A DNA stretch of 63,006 bases, filler included, from Nemertoderma westbladi (Eukaryota > Animalia > Xenacoelomorpha): the NCBI GenBank assembly GCA_032718475.1. It is 4 parts of 4 records of this genome, joined end to end, with 100 filler letters (N's around TTAATTAATTAA, not from the genome) between each part and the next. Parts side by side here need not be neighbours in the genome. Positions count along the whole stretch, not along the records: positions 43,145 to 55,719 come from JAUCBJ010006168.1; positions 55,820 to 63,006 come from JAUCBJ010000976.1; 2 more parts are not named here. One strand, given 5' to 3'. Within the stretch, counting starts at the first letter, position 1. The number at the start of each line of letters is the position of its first letter. This document shows, piece by piece, positions 46,711-58,318 of the stretch. Below the pieces are notes generated by a model that was given only the letters and a program-made list of their open reading frames with translations, ran no database searches and was not told the DNA's origin. The translations under genes and the position numbers were made by a program.

Positions 46711-47998
46711 ATAGACTTTAAAAAAGCCTTTGATATGGTGAGCCGTGCCAAACTACTCTACAAAATAAACATATTAGGGATAAAAGGTAAAACATTCCAC
46801 TTAATAAAGGACCTTTTTCACAACTACATAAGGATATTCGATGGGTTAAGTTTATCGGATCCAATACGACAACTGCGTGGCGTTTTACAGGGTGACTGTC
46901 TGTCTCCATTACTTTTCATTCTATTCATTTCTGACCTCGTAACCGCACTAAGAAACATCTGTCACTTAATAAAGTTCATATTTTTCGCTGACGACCTGGT
47001 AATATATTCACGGAATAGGGACACTATACAACTCAGCTTAGACACTATACATCAATGGTGCCTATCTAACGGAATGCAACTCAACCTCGTCAAGACCAAA
47101 ATAGTTAAATTTAGAAAAGGTGGACGTCTCTCAAAACACGATACCTTCACATACAATGGAAAACCGGTGAAGCTCTCCAATGAATACGAATACCTCGGGT
47201 TAACAATCCAATCTAGTCTCTGCTTCACTAACCATATCCAAACAAAAAGCATTCAAACTTATCGGCTCTTTTCGACATCTGCAATTACTTTCAGTATCCA
47301 CAGCAATGGCAATATTCCAAGGGAAAATAACCCCTATGGTTCTTTATGCATTCTCATCGTATTCAAGATATCTCAAACTTCAACACCTAAAAGAACTTGA
47401 TAAAATAAAATCAACATATGTTAAACGTGTTCTAGGACTACACAAGTATGCGTCATCAACGCTTGCACTACACATAATTGGCGGAAATACGATGGTTTAA
47501 GACATTCTAGAACGCTCCCCTCAAACCATTTTGCAACCAGAAGTTCTAGAACACTATCGGGCCTTTCGAAACGAAAGAAATACTTATTTTGAATCGCAGG
47601 GATACGCCAATGGCCCGGCGTTTACATCAACTACTTGGCAAGCGCCAGGCCAAAAATACCATCACGTTATAACCCGCGCTACCTGTCATGGATTTCACAA
47701 TAAATTGTGTGAAAATAAAACACCCTTCCATACGCTCACAACAGACTGCACCTGTCGGTTTTGCGGAGGGTGCTGCAGCGACCGATTACATGTTTTTAGC
47801 TGTCAATCATCCCCAACACGGCCAAACTAGCATCTGGCTAAACGAACGGTCTTTCTTCTTTTTAAGTAATGTATTATAATATTAATATTTAGTTAATTAC
47901 AAAATACACTTTTACTATGCTAGATTTTAATGTTAACGTATTATTATTAATATACTTTCCTTTTACCCCGGTTGGGGGTGTTGATTCATAAAAAAAAA
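46711..47998 (+). mobile_element. RTEX-like non-LTR retrotransposon, 5'-truncated: RT plus C-terminal CCHC
   Basis: DFKKAFDMVSR, RGVLQGDCLSPLLF, FFADDLV, KTKIVKFRKGGRL, YEYLG, CRFCGGCCSDRLHVFSC; poly-A tail. Confidence 0.8.
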
Positions 47999-48547
47999 TA
48001 GATGACAGTAATTAATTCATCAAAGGATGAAATTGACATTCTCGTATATATGTAATTAAAAAATTTCCTTTTTTCTTTTATATCATTTTCCCGCAAATCG
48101 TGATAAAGTTTTCAGATAACGCCGAGCAACAACCTTTTTTGATTGATCGGGTGAACCCAATATCGGCGTTTATTACGCCGCCTATGTAAGGCAATATTAT
48201 GCTAATATTAAGTCATCGATTTAGTTATCCATATTAAAAAGTATTACTTTAATTAATATAAAAAACACTATAAAAAAATACAAATTTTTATAACTGCCAA
48301 CTGAATATTGTTCAAATCTTTATATTGGGTCTAAGCAATATATACAATAATTTTTATGAGCTGAAAGTTGAATGTCTATGTGTGAACCGGGACTTAGTTA
48401 TTTGAAAGTTGAATGTTGAAAGTTGAAAGCTCATTTGTGACCCGAGCCTAATTAAAAGATATAAGCCAACCCTCAATTGTTGATTCTGGAAGAATTACAT
48501 TATAATTACGTAACAAAGCATGTGCTGATGTTTAATACTAGGAATCT

Positions 48548-49298
48548 ACCTCGAACAAACACCTCGAACTAACACCTCGAACTAACACCTCGAACTAACA
48601 CCTCGAACTAACACCTCGAACTAACACCTCGAACTAACACCTCGAACTAACACCTCGAACTAACACCTCGAACTAACACCTCGAACTAACATCTCGAACT
48701 AACATCTCGAACTAACACCTCGAACTAACACCTCGAACTAACACCTCGAACTAACACCTCGAACTAACACCTCGAACTAACACCTCGCACTAACACCTCG
48801 AACTAACATCTCGAACTAACACCTCGAACTAACACCTCAAACTAACACCTCGAACTAACACCTCGAACTAACACCTCGAACTTTCACCTTGTTCTAACAT
48901 CTCGAACTAACACCTCGAACTAACACCTCGAACTAACACCTCGAACTAACATCTCGAACTAACACCTCGAACTTTCACCTTGTTCTAACATCTCGAACTA
49001 ACACCTCGAACTAACACCTCGAACTAACACCTCGAACTAACACCTCGAACTAACACCTCGAACTAACACCTCGAACTAACACCTCGAACTAACACCTCGA
49101 ACTAACACCTCGAACTAACACCTCGAACTAACACCTCGAACTAACACCTCGAACTAACACCTCGAACTAACACCTCGAACTAACACCTCGAACTAACACC
49201 TCGAACTAACACCTCGCACTAACACCTCGAACTAACATCTCGAACTAACACCTCGAACTAACACCTCAAACTAACACCTCGAACTAACACCTCGAACT
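48548..49298 (+). repeat. 13-bp minisatellite (ACCTCGAACTAAC)n, more than 50 copies
   Basis: Direct reading of the sequence. Confidence 0.97.
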
Positions 49299-50820
49299 CC
49301 ATATTTTCTATTTTATTGTTTTAATGGGTTTATTTATTGCCTGAAGGTAACTTTTAATTTGAAATGCATTGCAATTTTAACGAAATATTTTAATATTCAT
49401 TTTATTTATTTATTTAATTTTGAGAACATTATAAACTGAAATAAAATTTTAACTGAATCTAAGAAACTTTTATTTGTATTGGCTGAATAGCTACGTAATA
49501 GTTTGATCAAAGAAGCAACGCCTTATTGCCCAGCTGCGTATTTGGATAAACAAAATGTTCTAGAATATGTTATATTTATTAAATATAATAAAATAGCCTC
49601 GCGCAGATCCAAAACCATGAAACTTTATAACGCTTATTTATATCTCAGCTATTCTACGACGAATTTCAGAGTCACATATTTGGAATCCTTGCATGGCCAG
49701 TTTTCCATTGAAACCATAAGGTCACTAGATTGGAGATTAATAACAGCGCCTTAACTGGTGCAATATTAACGGAGACAACTTTTTCAAGCGCTTGTTGCTA
49801 AATAATGAGAGCAAAAAATAAAAATTCTGGCTCACCACTAACGGGGAGCGAGGTGGGCCATTTCCATTCAATCTCATTAATATTTGTAATTTTTATTTAT
49901 TTGCCTTTATAACGACACTATGTTCCAGGACTAGGTTTATATGGAAACTATAATTACAATGTTATTGGGCGATTTAAAGTAACAAATTAATTCCTAACAA
50001 TTTGTTGGTTTTATTACTTTTTATGTAAATCGATTAAAGATTTAAGATTCAAGGAAATATATTAGTTTTATTATAAACTTTATTTTACAATCAATTATAT
50101 ATTATAATAAAATAGTTAACTATTATGAAGGTTGAGTGACTGGAGGTGTCTGGTTGGTTGAAAAGTAAGAAATAATCAAACAAATTAATAATATTTGTTA
50201 ACAAAAGTTTATTTAAAATTCCCAAAATTCGAGTAGATTTACTAGTACCGGTATGTATTATACTGTAGGCCTAAGATATTACCAAATACTAATTATTTAT
50301 TTCCCCCATGGGAAAAAAAGTAGAATTTTTTTCCGTTATATTCTCGAGGCATTTTATTTACCGAGCGCCAGCGAGTTTAATAAAGGGTCGAGAGAATATT
50401 GAAAACAAATGTTACGTTTTTTCCCCATGTAATACGTAATTTAATACGTAATTTTATTCTTAAATTGGCACTTTTTTGTTGCAATTACTTTAATAAACAT
50501 AGCGATATAGTACAGTACAGTAGTGTGACAAGATTAATTGAACTGTAGTATTTAACTATATTGCTTCCGTAGTTACTGCGATTCAAATTATTGTACTCTT
50601 CAACTCCTGATGGCTGCCTTAACTCAATGTTAAATAATTTAGTGTTCTCGAATATTTATTACGTAACTAGAGAGCAGCTTAACTACATAAACCAATATTA
50701 ATAATAAGTGAATTGCTGTGGGGTGAGTGACGGTGAATTAAATATATAATGTAATATATAAGACAATATGATAATTCTCTCCAAAGCGAGAAATTTCAAC
50801 CGGCCTTATTGGGGATCGAA

Positions 50821-50862
50821 CCCGGTACCTAGGTTTCAAGCTTCTGGTTGTCATCAGCCAGG
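50821..50862 (-). ncRNA. Minimal type I hammerhead ribozyme (left arm; core intact, stem II weak)
   Basis: CCUGG-CUGAUGA-C-AACC(AGAA)GCUU-GAA-ACCUAGGU-A-CCGGG; palindromic stem III, GUA site. Confidence 0.68.
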
Positions 50863-51086
50863 TGAGTGTACTGCGCTACCAGATCAGATGAATATTTCGC
50901 CATCGAGTGGGATGTCATATTTAGGCCAACTAATCGCTCAAAGGAAAGTACAACTTCGTTATTCCCGTGCTCTGCCAGAAATGGCAACCATGCCTCAAAG
51001 AACAGTGTTGAGCTGTTAGTTGGCCTAAATATGATCTCCCACTCCATAACGAAATATTCATCCGGCCTGGTAGCTCAGTACACTCA

Positions 51087-51128
51087 CCCGGCTGATGACA
51101 ACCAGGAGATTTAAACCTAGGTACCGGG
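51087..51128 (+). ncRNA. Minimal type I hammerhead ribozyme (right arm; GAAA mutated to UAAA, likely inactive)
   Basis: CCCGG-CUGAUGA-CAACCAGGAGAUU-UAA-ACCUAGGU-A-CCGGG; perfect 5-bp stem I. Confidence 0.55.
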
Positions 51129-51751
51129 TTCAATCCCCAATAAGACCGGTTGATAATTTTCGCTATGGAGGGCTTTATCATATTGTCCTATTTAAACCAA
51201 TATTGGATATTGAGTTCCGTTTTGTAGTTCGCCTTTCAGACACTAAAGTTGCAATAACTTTTCATTATTTGAATAGATTCGCTCAAATTACTTACAAACC
51301 TTTTCTACGTCGATGCTCTTTCAATATATGTAATAAAATTTAAGAAATTCCACCAAAAATATTTTACTTTTTTCGCCGGGTAAAAAAGTAAAATCAATGC
51401 AATCCTATGAGTTACTTTTTTCCCTAGCGAAAAAAGATAAACTTTTACTCCTGATTTCGGGGTATATTCGAGCGAAGAAGTAACAATTTAAGAATTAAAT
51501 AGTTTTTTGTTTATATATTTATTTAGTTTGTTCTAGAATCTTTTTAATTTATATTGGCGGATGACAAGATTCAGCTGTACATACGCATTGAGATTGCATA
51601 GGTGTTGTTACCCACCTAGCTGCTAATGAGATAAATAATACGATCTTGAATGTAGTGTATTTGGATAATTAGAACAATTAATTAATTAATTTGACTACAG
51701 CCAACGAATATTTGGACACAAGTTTCTTATGATGGAGTTTATTAAGAGTAA

Positions 51752-52684
51752 TGCTACTACTACTAGGATCGGCATGCTGCATTGCAGCTGCTTTTTTAAG
51801 AATGCTGTGCCGGCTTATCGACAAAATTGCACCGCCACAACTCCCTATAACCCATGACATTTGCTAGATCATCCACATCTTTAAGGCCAGTGTCCTTTAA
51901 GATGCGTCTCAAGAAAGTCATGGGCTGTCCACCATGCTTATTCACTCCATGAGGCTGCCAAAGTACAAGATTATGTACTGGCTGGTCCTCACGGCGAAAG
52001 CAATGTCCTGCAAAGCGGAGGCGATTTAGTTCTAGTGTCAAGCTTGGGGGAACCAATGAGACACCTCCAATGTTATATAGTGTCTGGTTGGAGATGTGTG
52101 CATTGTACTTGACACAGTGAACCCGGCGTAGCATTCTTGTGAATGTGCCATCCAGAGATTTGGTGTCCTCAGCAGTTAGAGCCCAGCATGGACTCCCATA
52201 GAGGAGTACTGGAACTACTGCTGTTCTAAATAATCGGACCTTAAGTTTCCGATTAATTCTCGGTGACTTTCATATCCTGGAAAGCCTATTCAAGGCTGCC
52301 CATGCCTTTCCCTTACGTATTCGAAGGTCCTCACCTGACTTCCGGATCCATGATCCCAGGTAACAGAAGTCATCCACATGCTCAAGCATACCATCTTTTG
52401 AGCTTATGCTCATCCGATCAGAGACTTGCTGAGGACTTTCAAAGTTAACTGTCAGAATTTTGGTCTTTCTGGAGTTAATAAAAAGACCAACACTAGAAGC
52501 AGCATGTTCTAATGAGCTGAGGAGCCGCTGGGCTCCCTCTAATGATTCTGAGAGTACTCCTAAGTCATCAGCAAAGTCTAGATCAGTTAGGTACTTGGCA
52601 GGATTTCCTCGACTTCTGGAGCCAGTAGGTGGAGTTATCATCACCCCATCATCATTATGATGATCTAAGGAGATGCGTAGAACA
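51752..52684 (-). mobile_element. RTE family 1, 5'-truncated copy
   Basis: Highly similar to the 45137 copy; (TAG)n tail; agagtaat at both flanks as a possible TSD. Confidence 0.92.
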
Positions 52685-53271
52685 AGACTACAACAGAGAA
52701 CGAGAGTAATACAATACTTCTGTATTATTATAAATAAACGTTCAGTTTTATTCCTTTATAGTAAAAGTTGGAGGAGAATCAAAATCTTGTTTTCTGCGGC
52801 AACATTAAGTTTCAATAACTACTAAAACATTCCAGTCCTAAATCAAAGTTTAAGTTTACGTGTTGTCTCCTTCCCAAACAAAAATTTGTCATATTTTTTG
52901 AAGCATCCTGTATATTATCGTGTATCAATAATTAGGTCAACTGAAAATATTATAAAAGGTCCTCAAATATGATTGATTGATTTGTTTAATGACAAAATCG
53001 GGTAAAAAATTTGGGGACCATTTTCGTGCCGCGTTTTTAGCTGCGTTTTTAATTATTTATTAAATAAAATAAATTAGAACTTAATAAACTTAATTAAATA
53101 GTTAGGTAGTTTTATTACGAGGTTTGCATGAATGGAAAAAAATGTTTACATCCAGACAAAATCTATGTGTACAGGTTGTTTCTAGAAAAGCATCCCTGTT
53201 TGTTATTGAACTACTCCTTTGTGTTTGAATAGCTTGACGAAGTAAGCCTTCAACAATAGTGGTGTGTAATA

Positions 53272-53493
53272 TGGTTGGGTGCATTCTTCGCCCGTCTGGA
53301 AATGTTCGCCCGCGTCCAACCTTCGCCCGATTGGGTGAAAGGAACAGGTTACCGCGACGGCAGGTTACAGAATCGGCAGTTTACAGAGACGGATTTTTCC
53401 AATCAAAACCATAAACGATGTTATTAACACTCATTTTGAGGGCGACGATTGCTCCGGGCGAAAATTGTAAGCGGGCGAAAATCGCTGCATACC
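53272..53493. mobile_element. Small MITE-like element with ttcgcccg/cgggcgaa subterminal repeats, containing one 68-bp satellite-like monomer
   Basis: ttcgcccg x3 on the left, cgggcgaaa x2 on the right; aaaggaacaggttac...ggatttttccaatcaaaaccataaacg inside. Confidence 0.45.
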
Positions 53494-53799
53494 TCTAATA
53501 TGGATAGCCTTACTAGGGAGTGAACAGTTAGTAGTCTGTGTGAAAGTTGCCTAAATGAGTTTTTCATACAAATCAAATACACAAACAACCCCCCCCCCCC
53601 CCCCCCCCCCCCCGACATACACATTAAAAGGCACGAAATAATTACAAATAAATATAATATCTATAGTAACTCATAATTATAGAACTACATTTTCGCTAAT
53701 TTGGTATTTTAGTAAATATTAAACTTTTTCATATTAATTAGAAATTAACAGAAACATAAAAACTAACAGAAATAAATTAATATTAAGAATTTGAAGGCA

Positions 53800-54114
53800 A
53801 TGTCTCCACTATTGATACTTCTTCTGGGGCTTTCACTTGTTTGTTGTGGCACACTTGATTTCGAAACTGGAGATATAGAAATTCCAGAAGTCACTGTCCC
53901 TAAATTGCCCACAGGCGGTGAAATTGGAGAGTTCGGAGACTTGGGAGAAATAGGAGACTTGGGAGAAATAGGAGGCTTGGGAGAAGTAGGAGGCTTGGGA
54001 GAAGTAGGTGAAATGGATGACAAAATCGGAGAAGAAAAGGAAAACGCCGCTCCAAAGATCGCCGCGCTCTCTATGCCTCTACTGCTGACACAAATCGCAG
54101 TCTGCTGGTATTAG
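53800..54114 (+). CDS. Small secreted, probably GPI-anchored protein with 11 acidic Gly-X-Y triplets, 104 aa
   Basis: Signal peptide MSPLLILLLGLSLVCCG; GEI-GEF-GDL-GEI-GDL-GEI-GGL-GEV-GGL-GEV-GEM; C-terminal NAA (omega-site-like), spacer and hydrophobic tail. Confidence 0.68.
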   Translation: MSPLLILLLGLSLVCCGTLDFETGDIEIPEVTVPKLPTGGEIGEFGDLGEIGDLGEIGGLGEVGGLGEVGEMDDKIGEEKENAAPKIAALSMPLLLTQIAVCWY

Positions 54115-54529
54115 ATCCAAAATAATCTCCGTTATCACGGAAATTGCTGACAACCTGAATCAACAGTCATTCACTCAGTTCAATCCGATAAATTATGGTA
54201 ATTTCATAGTTTTTAAACACCAGTATCTATTGTATATTGTATATATATTTCAAATCCATTTCAGAGAATAATATATTTTTGATGAAAATCAAATGAAAAC
54301 TTTCTAGAACAACCTAATAATGACGCAGTGACATACTGGATATACTGGAAATACATAGTAAATGTATGGCGTAGGGACATAGTGAGAAATAATGTCGCAC
54401 TGCGATATAAAGTTAGAAAATATGTTAATATATATATTTATTAATATATTAATTAATTATTAGTTAATTTTTAATTAATTATTAGTTAATATATTAATTC
54501 CATAAAAATAAATAAAAAATAATGTGGTA

Positions 54530-55719
54530 GGGGGGCGGCGTTGAGTGGGACTCAGTGTGGAAGAGGGGGAATGGGAGGGGCAGTGGGGTGAGTGGGACTC
54601 AGGGAGAGGGGGGAGGGAGGGGGCATCGGGAGAGTGGGACTAAGGGAGAGGGGGAAGTGAGGGGGCAGCGGGGGAGTGGGACTCAGGGAGAGGGGGAAGG
54701 GAGGGGGCATCGGGGGAGTGGGACTCAGGGAGAGGGGGAAGGGAGGGGGCAGCGGGGGGGAGTGGGACTCTGGGGGAGGGGGAAGGGAGGGCGCAGTGGG
54801 GTGGAGTGGGACTCAGGGAGAGGGGGAAGGGAGGGCGCAGTGGGGTGGAGTGGGATTCAGGGAGAGGGGGAAGGGAGGGGGCAGCGGGGGAGTGGGACTC
54901 AGGGAGAGGGGGAAGGGAGGGGGCAGAGGGGGAGTGGGACTCTGGGGGAGGGGGAAGGGAGGGCGCAGTGGGGTGGAGTGGGACTCTGGGGGAGGGGGAA
55001 GGGAGGGCGCAGTGGGGTGGAGTGGGATTCAGGGAGAGGGGGAAGGGAGGGGGCAGCGGGGGAGTGGGACTCAGGGAGAGGGGGAAGGGAGGGGGCAGAG
55101 GGGGAGTGGGACTCTGGGGGAGGGGGAAGGGAGGGCGCAGTGGGGTGGAGTGGGACTCTGGGGGAGGGGGAAGGGAGGGCGCAGTGGGGTGGAGTGGGAT
55201 TCAGGGAGAGGGGGAAGGGAGGGGGCAGCGGGGGAGTGGGACTCAGGGAGAGGGGGAAGGGAGGGGGCAGCGGGGGAGTGGGACTCTGGGGGAGGGGGAA
55301 GGGAGGGCGCAGTGGGGTGGAGTGGGATTCAGGGAGAGGGGGAAGGGAGGGGGCAGCGGGGGAGTGGGACTCAGGGAGAGGGGGAAGGGAGGGGGCATCG
55401 GGAGAGTGGGACTAAGGGAGAGGGGGAAGTGAGGGGGCAGCGGGGGAGTGGGACTCAGGGAGAGGGGGAAGGGAGGGGGCATCGGGAGAGTGGGACTAAG
55501 GGAGAGGGGGAAGTGAGGGGGCAGCGGGGGAGTGGGACTCAGGGAGAGGGGGAAGGGAGGGGGCATCGGGAGAGTGGGACTCAGGGAGAGGGGGAAGGGA
55601 GGGGGCAGCGGGGGGGAGTGGGACTCAGGGAGAGGGGGAAGGGAGGGGGCAGCGGGGGAGTGGGACTCAGGGAGAGGGGGAAGGGAGGGGGCAGCGGGGG
55701 AGTGGGACTCAGGGAGAGG
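54530..55719 (+). repeat. G-rich minisatellite, units of about 39-44 bp (GAGTGGGACTCAGGGAGAGGGGGAAGGGAGGGGGCAGCGGGG)
   Basis: Direct reading; runs into the gap. Confidence 0.95.
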
Positions 55720-55819
55720 NNNNNNNNNNNNNNNNNNNNNNNNNNNNNNNNNNNNNNNNNNNNTTAATTAATTAANNNNNNNNNNNNNNNNNNNNNNNNN
55801 NNNNNNNNNNNNNNNNNNN
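55720..55819. other. Artificial contig linker
   Basis: N-TTAATTAATTAA-N spacer. Confidence 0.97.
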
Positions 55820-55945
55820 CAAAATCAACTTTTTCAACCTTCACCTTATCCTTCTACCTCTACCTTGGGAGCCGTCACATAGTTGCACTCCCTTCGGCAA
55901 CTGGGATTCTAAAATCGAAGACTCTCTGCATCTCTCAACGCCCAG

Positions 55946-56779
55946 TTCGCCACAGTGCCCACTGAATCTTAATCTGCGTTCACGGAGGGTGGTTGATACA
56001 GGTGGTATTGTACCATAAAGCTCGGCGTTTGTCATGTGTTGTCTCCAGCTGATGTTTACGGCTGCCCTTTATAGTCTTGTGTAGCCTTGTGGTCTTGTGA
56101 TTTCGTCAGTGTCCAGCTCTCACCCCCGTATAAAAGTACATTGTCCACTGTGGCTCGAAAGAACTTAGTCTTCAGGTGCTCTTCAGATATCAATTTTTGA
56201 TAGAGTTATCTATGCCGTTGCGTTCCTAACTTCTATTGTCTTTTTTGCTACTCTCTATCCATGATCCAAGGTACTGGAAGTCGTCGACCTTCCTTAGTTG
56301 ATTATTATCAATTGTTGTGAAGTTTCCATCAATATTAAAAGTCATGAATTCGGTCTTGGTACCATTTATATGCAATCCAACCTCCTTAGCAGCCCTCTCC
56401 ACTTTATTCAGTAGAAGCTGTGCATATCTGCTAGCGTATTAGTGAACAGGGCGATGTCATCCGTAAAGTCGGTGTCTGTTGATCAGTCAGTGTGAATCCC
56501 AGTTGCAAACATCTAATAATGGTCTGTTTAGCACTCATGTTTTCCGTACCTCTGCAGGGATTTCATCTAATCCACTTGCTTTATTATTGTACATGCTTTT
56601 AATGCTTCTTTGGAGTTCGGCAAGTATGAAGTCCCCTGTTTCTATAGGTGGGGTCTTGTCATATATTTTCCTTGTAGGGCTGACCTCGATGATTGGTGGC
56701 TTTCCAAGTAAGTTGCTGAAGTGATCATTCCATTTCCTAACACGTTCGTCACGACTATCAGCTCTGGGGTGCCCCTTAT
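55946..56779 (-). mobile_element. RTE family 2, decayed and internally deleted copy
   Basis: Aligns in blocks to 59657-61097 (MTNAELYGTIPPVSTTLRERRLRFSGHC). Confidence 0.88.
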
Positions 56780-57265
56780 TAATGGTAAAAAAATCTTACA
56801 GACAAAATACATCAAAGGCATACATTTTATGAGATGCATCAACATAATTTCAATGTTTTTTTTACTATATTCTAGAATATTAATTCGCTTTTTTTCGATA
56901 ATAAGTAATAAAATATATATATAATAATAATAAAAATATATATAATAATAAAATAATATAATATAATAATAAAATAATATAATAATAAAATAATATAATA
57001 ATAAGATATAATAAAAAATAATAAACCATCAATAATAATTAATATAAGTATAATAATAACTATAACGATTTACGTCTGAAATTGCGTGCTCTTGAATTAT
57101 ATCTGAACATTTTTTTGAGGAAATTGAAAATGGCTTTCATATTCGATTCGGAATATCAAGTTTATTTAAAAAAATAAAATAAAATGGACACGTTTTATCA
57201 GTTGTAAACTGTTAAAACTATGTAAACTGTAGAGAAATAAAAAAAAAATAAAAATCCTGCGGTAA

Positions 57266-57567
57266 ACATTCGTATAACATTCGTAAAACATTCGTAACGC
57301 ATTCGTATAGCGTGGGAAACATTCGTATATAACATGCGGGACGGGACGCATTCGTATCGTGTGCGGGAAACATTCGTATAAGATTAGGGACGCATTCGTA
57401 GAATGTGCGGGATTCGGATAAGGTTCGTATTACATTCGATATGCGAATAAAGGATGCGTATTTGGTTCGGTTTTCGCATTCGTATCGCATGGTTCATCTA
57501 TGTAACATTTCAGAATGCGTTACGAATGCGTGAAATATGCGCCATCCCATGCGTTACGAATGCGTAT
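57266..57567. repeat. CATTCGTA/TACGAATG motif cluster (likely subterminal region of a DNA element)
   Basis: Many cattcgta copies followed by inverted ttacgaatgcgt. Confidence 0.6.
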
Positions 57568-57577
57568 TTTTTACTGG

Positions 57578-58318
57578 GAAAACAATAAACGATCACTTAA
57601 CTTATTGAGGGAAAGGAGCAGGTTACAGAGGCGGGATTTTCTAACCAAAACAATAAACGATCATTTAACTAATTGAGGGAAAGGGACAGGTTACAGAGGC
57701 GGAATTTTCTAACCAAAACAATAAACGATCACTGAACTAATTGAGGGAAAGGAGCAGGTTACAGAGGCGGGATTTTCTAACCAAAACAATAAACGATCAT
57801 TTAACTAATTGAGGGAAAGGAGCAGGTTACAGAGGCGGGCATTTCTAACCAAAACAATAAACGGTCACTTTACCAATTCAGGGAAAGGAGCAGGTTACAG
57901 AGGCGGGATTTTCTAACCAAAACAATAAACGATCATTTAACTAATTGAGGGAAAGGGGCAGGTTACAGAGGCGGGATTTTCTAACCAAAACAATAAACGA
58001 TCATTTAACTAATTGAGGGAAAGGAGCAGGTTACAGAGACGGGATTTTCTAACCAAAACAATAAACGATAACATTACCAATTGAGAGAAAGGAGCAGGTT
58101 ACAGAGGCGGGATTTTCTAACCAAAACAATAAACGATAACATTACCAATTGAGGGAAAGGAGTAGGTTACAGAGGCGGGATTTTCTAACCAAAACAATAA
58201 ACGATCACTTAACTAATTGAGGGAAAGGAGCAGGTTAAGGCCGGATTTTCTAACCAAAACAATCAAGCAATCAAAACCAAAACAGTCACTTTACCAAATC
58301 AGGGAAAGGAGCAGGTTA
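57578..58318 (+). repeat. 68-bp satellite, about 11 copies
   Basis: ctaaccaaaacaataaacgatcatttaactaattgagggaaaggagcaggttacagaggcgggatttt; spacing 57641 to 57709 is 68 bp. Confidence 0.95.

Larger units (their letters stand above)
50762..51187. mobile_element. Inverted pair (arms of about 180 bp, spacer of about 65 bp) of tRNA-like Pol III units, each containing a hammerhead ribozyme
   Basis: Arms 50762-50941 and 51008-51187 are diverged reverse complements; each has a TAGC(T/G)CAGT A box and a GGTTC(A/G)ATCCC B box flanking an HHR. Confidence 0.8.

Noticed and set aside
54555-55771. Long Gly-rich ORFs (286-363 aa)
   Set aside because: Open in all three frames because the G-rich minisatellite has almost no stop codons
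57578-58318. CRISPR-like array (also considered for 42446-42895 and 48548-49298)
   Set aside because: Units are contiguous tandem repeats without unique spacers; eukaryotic context and no cas genes
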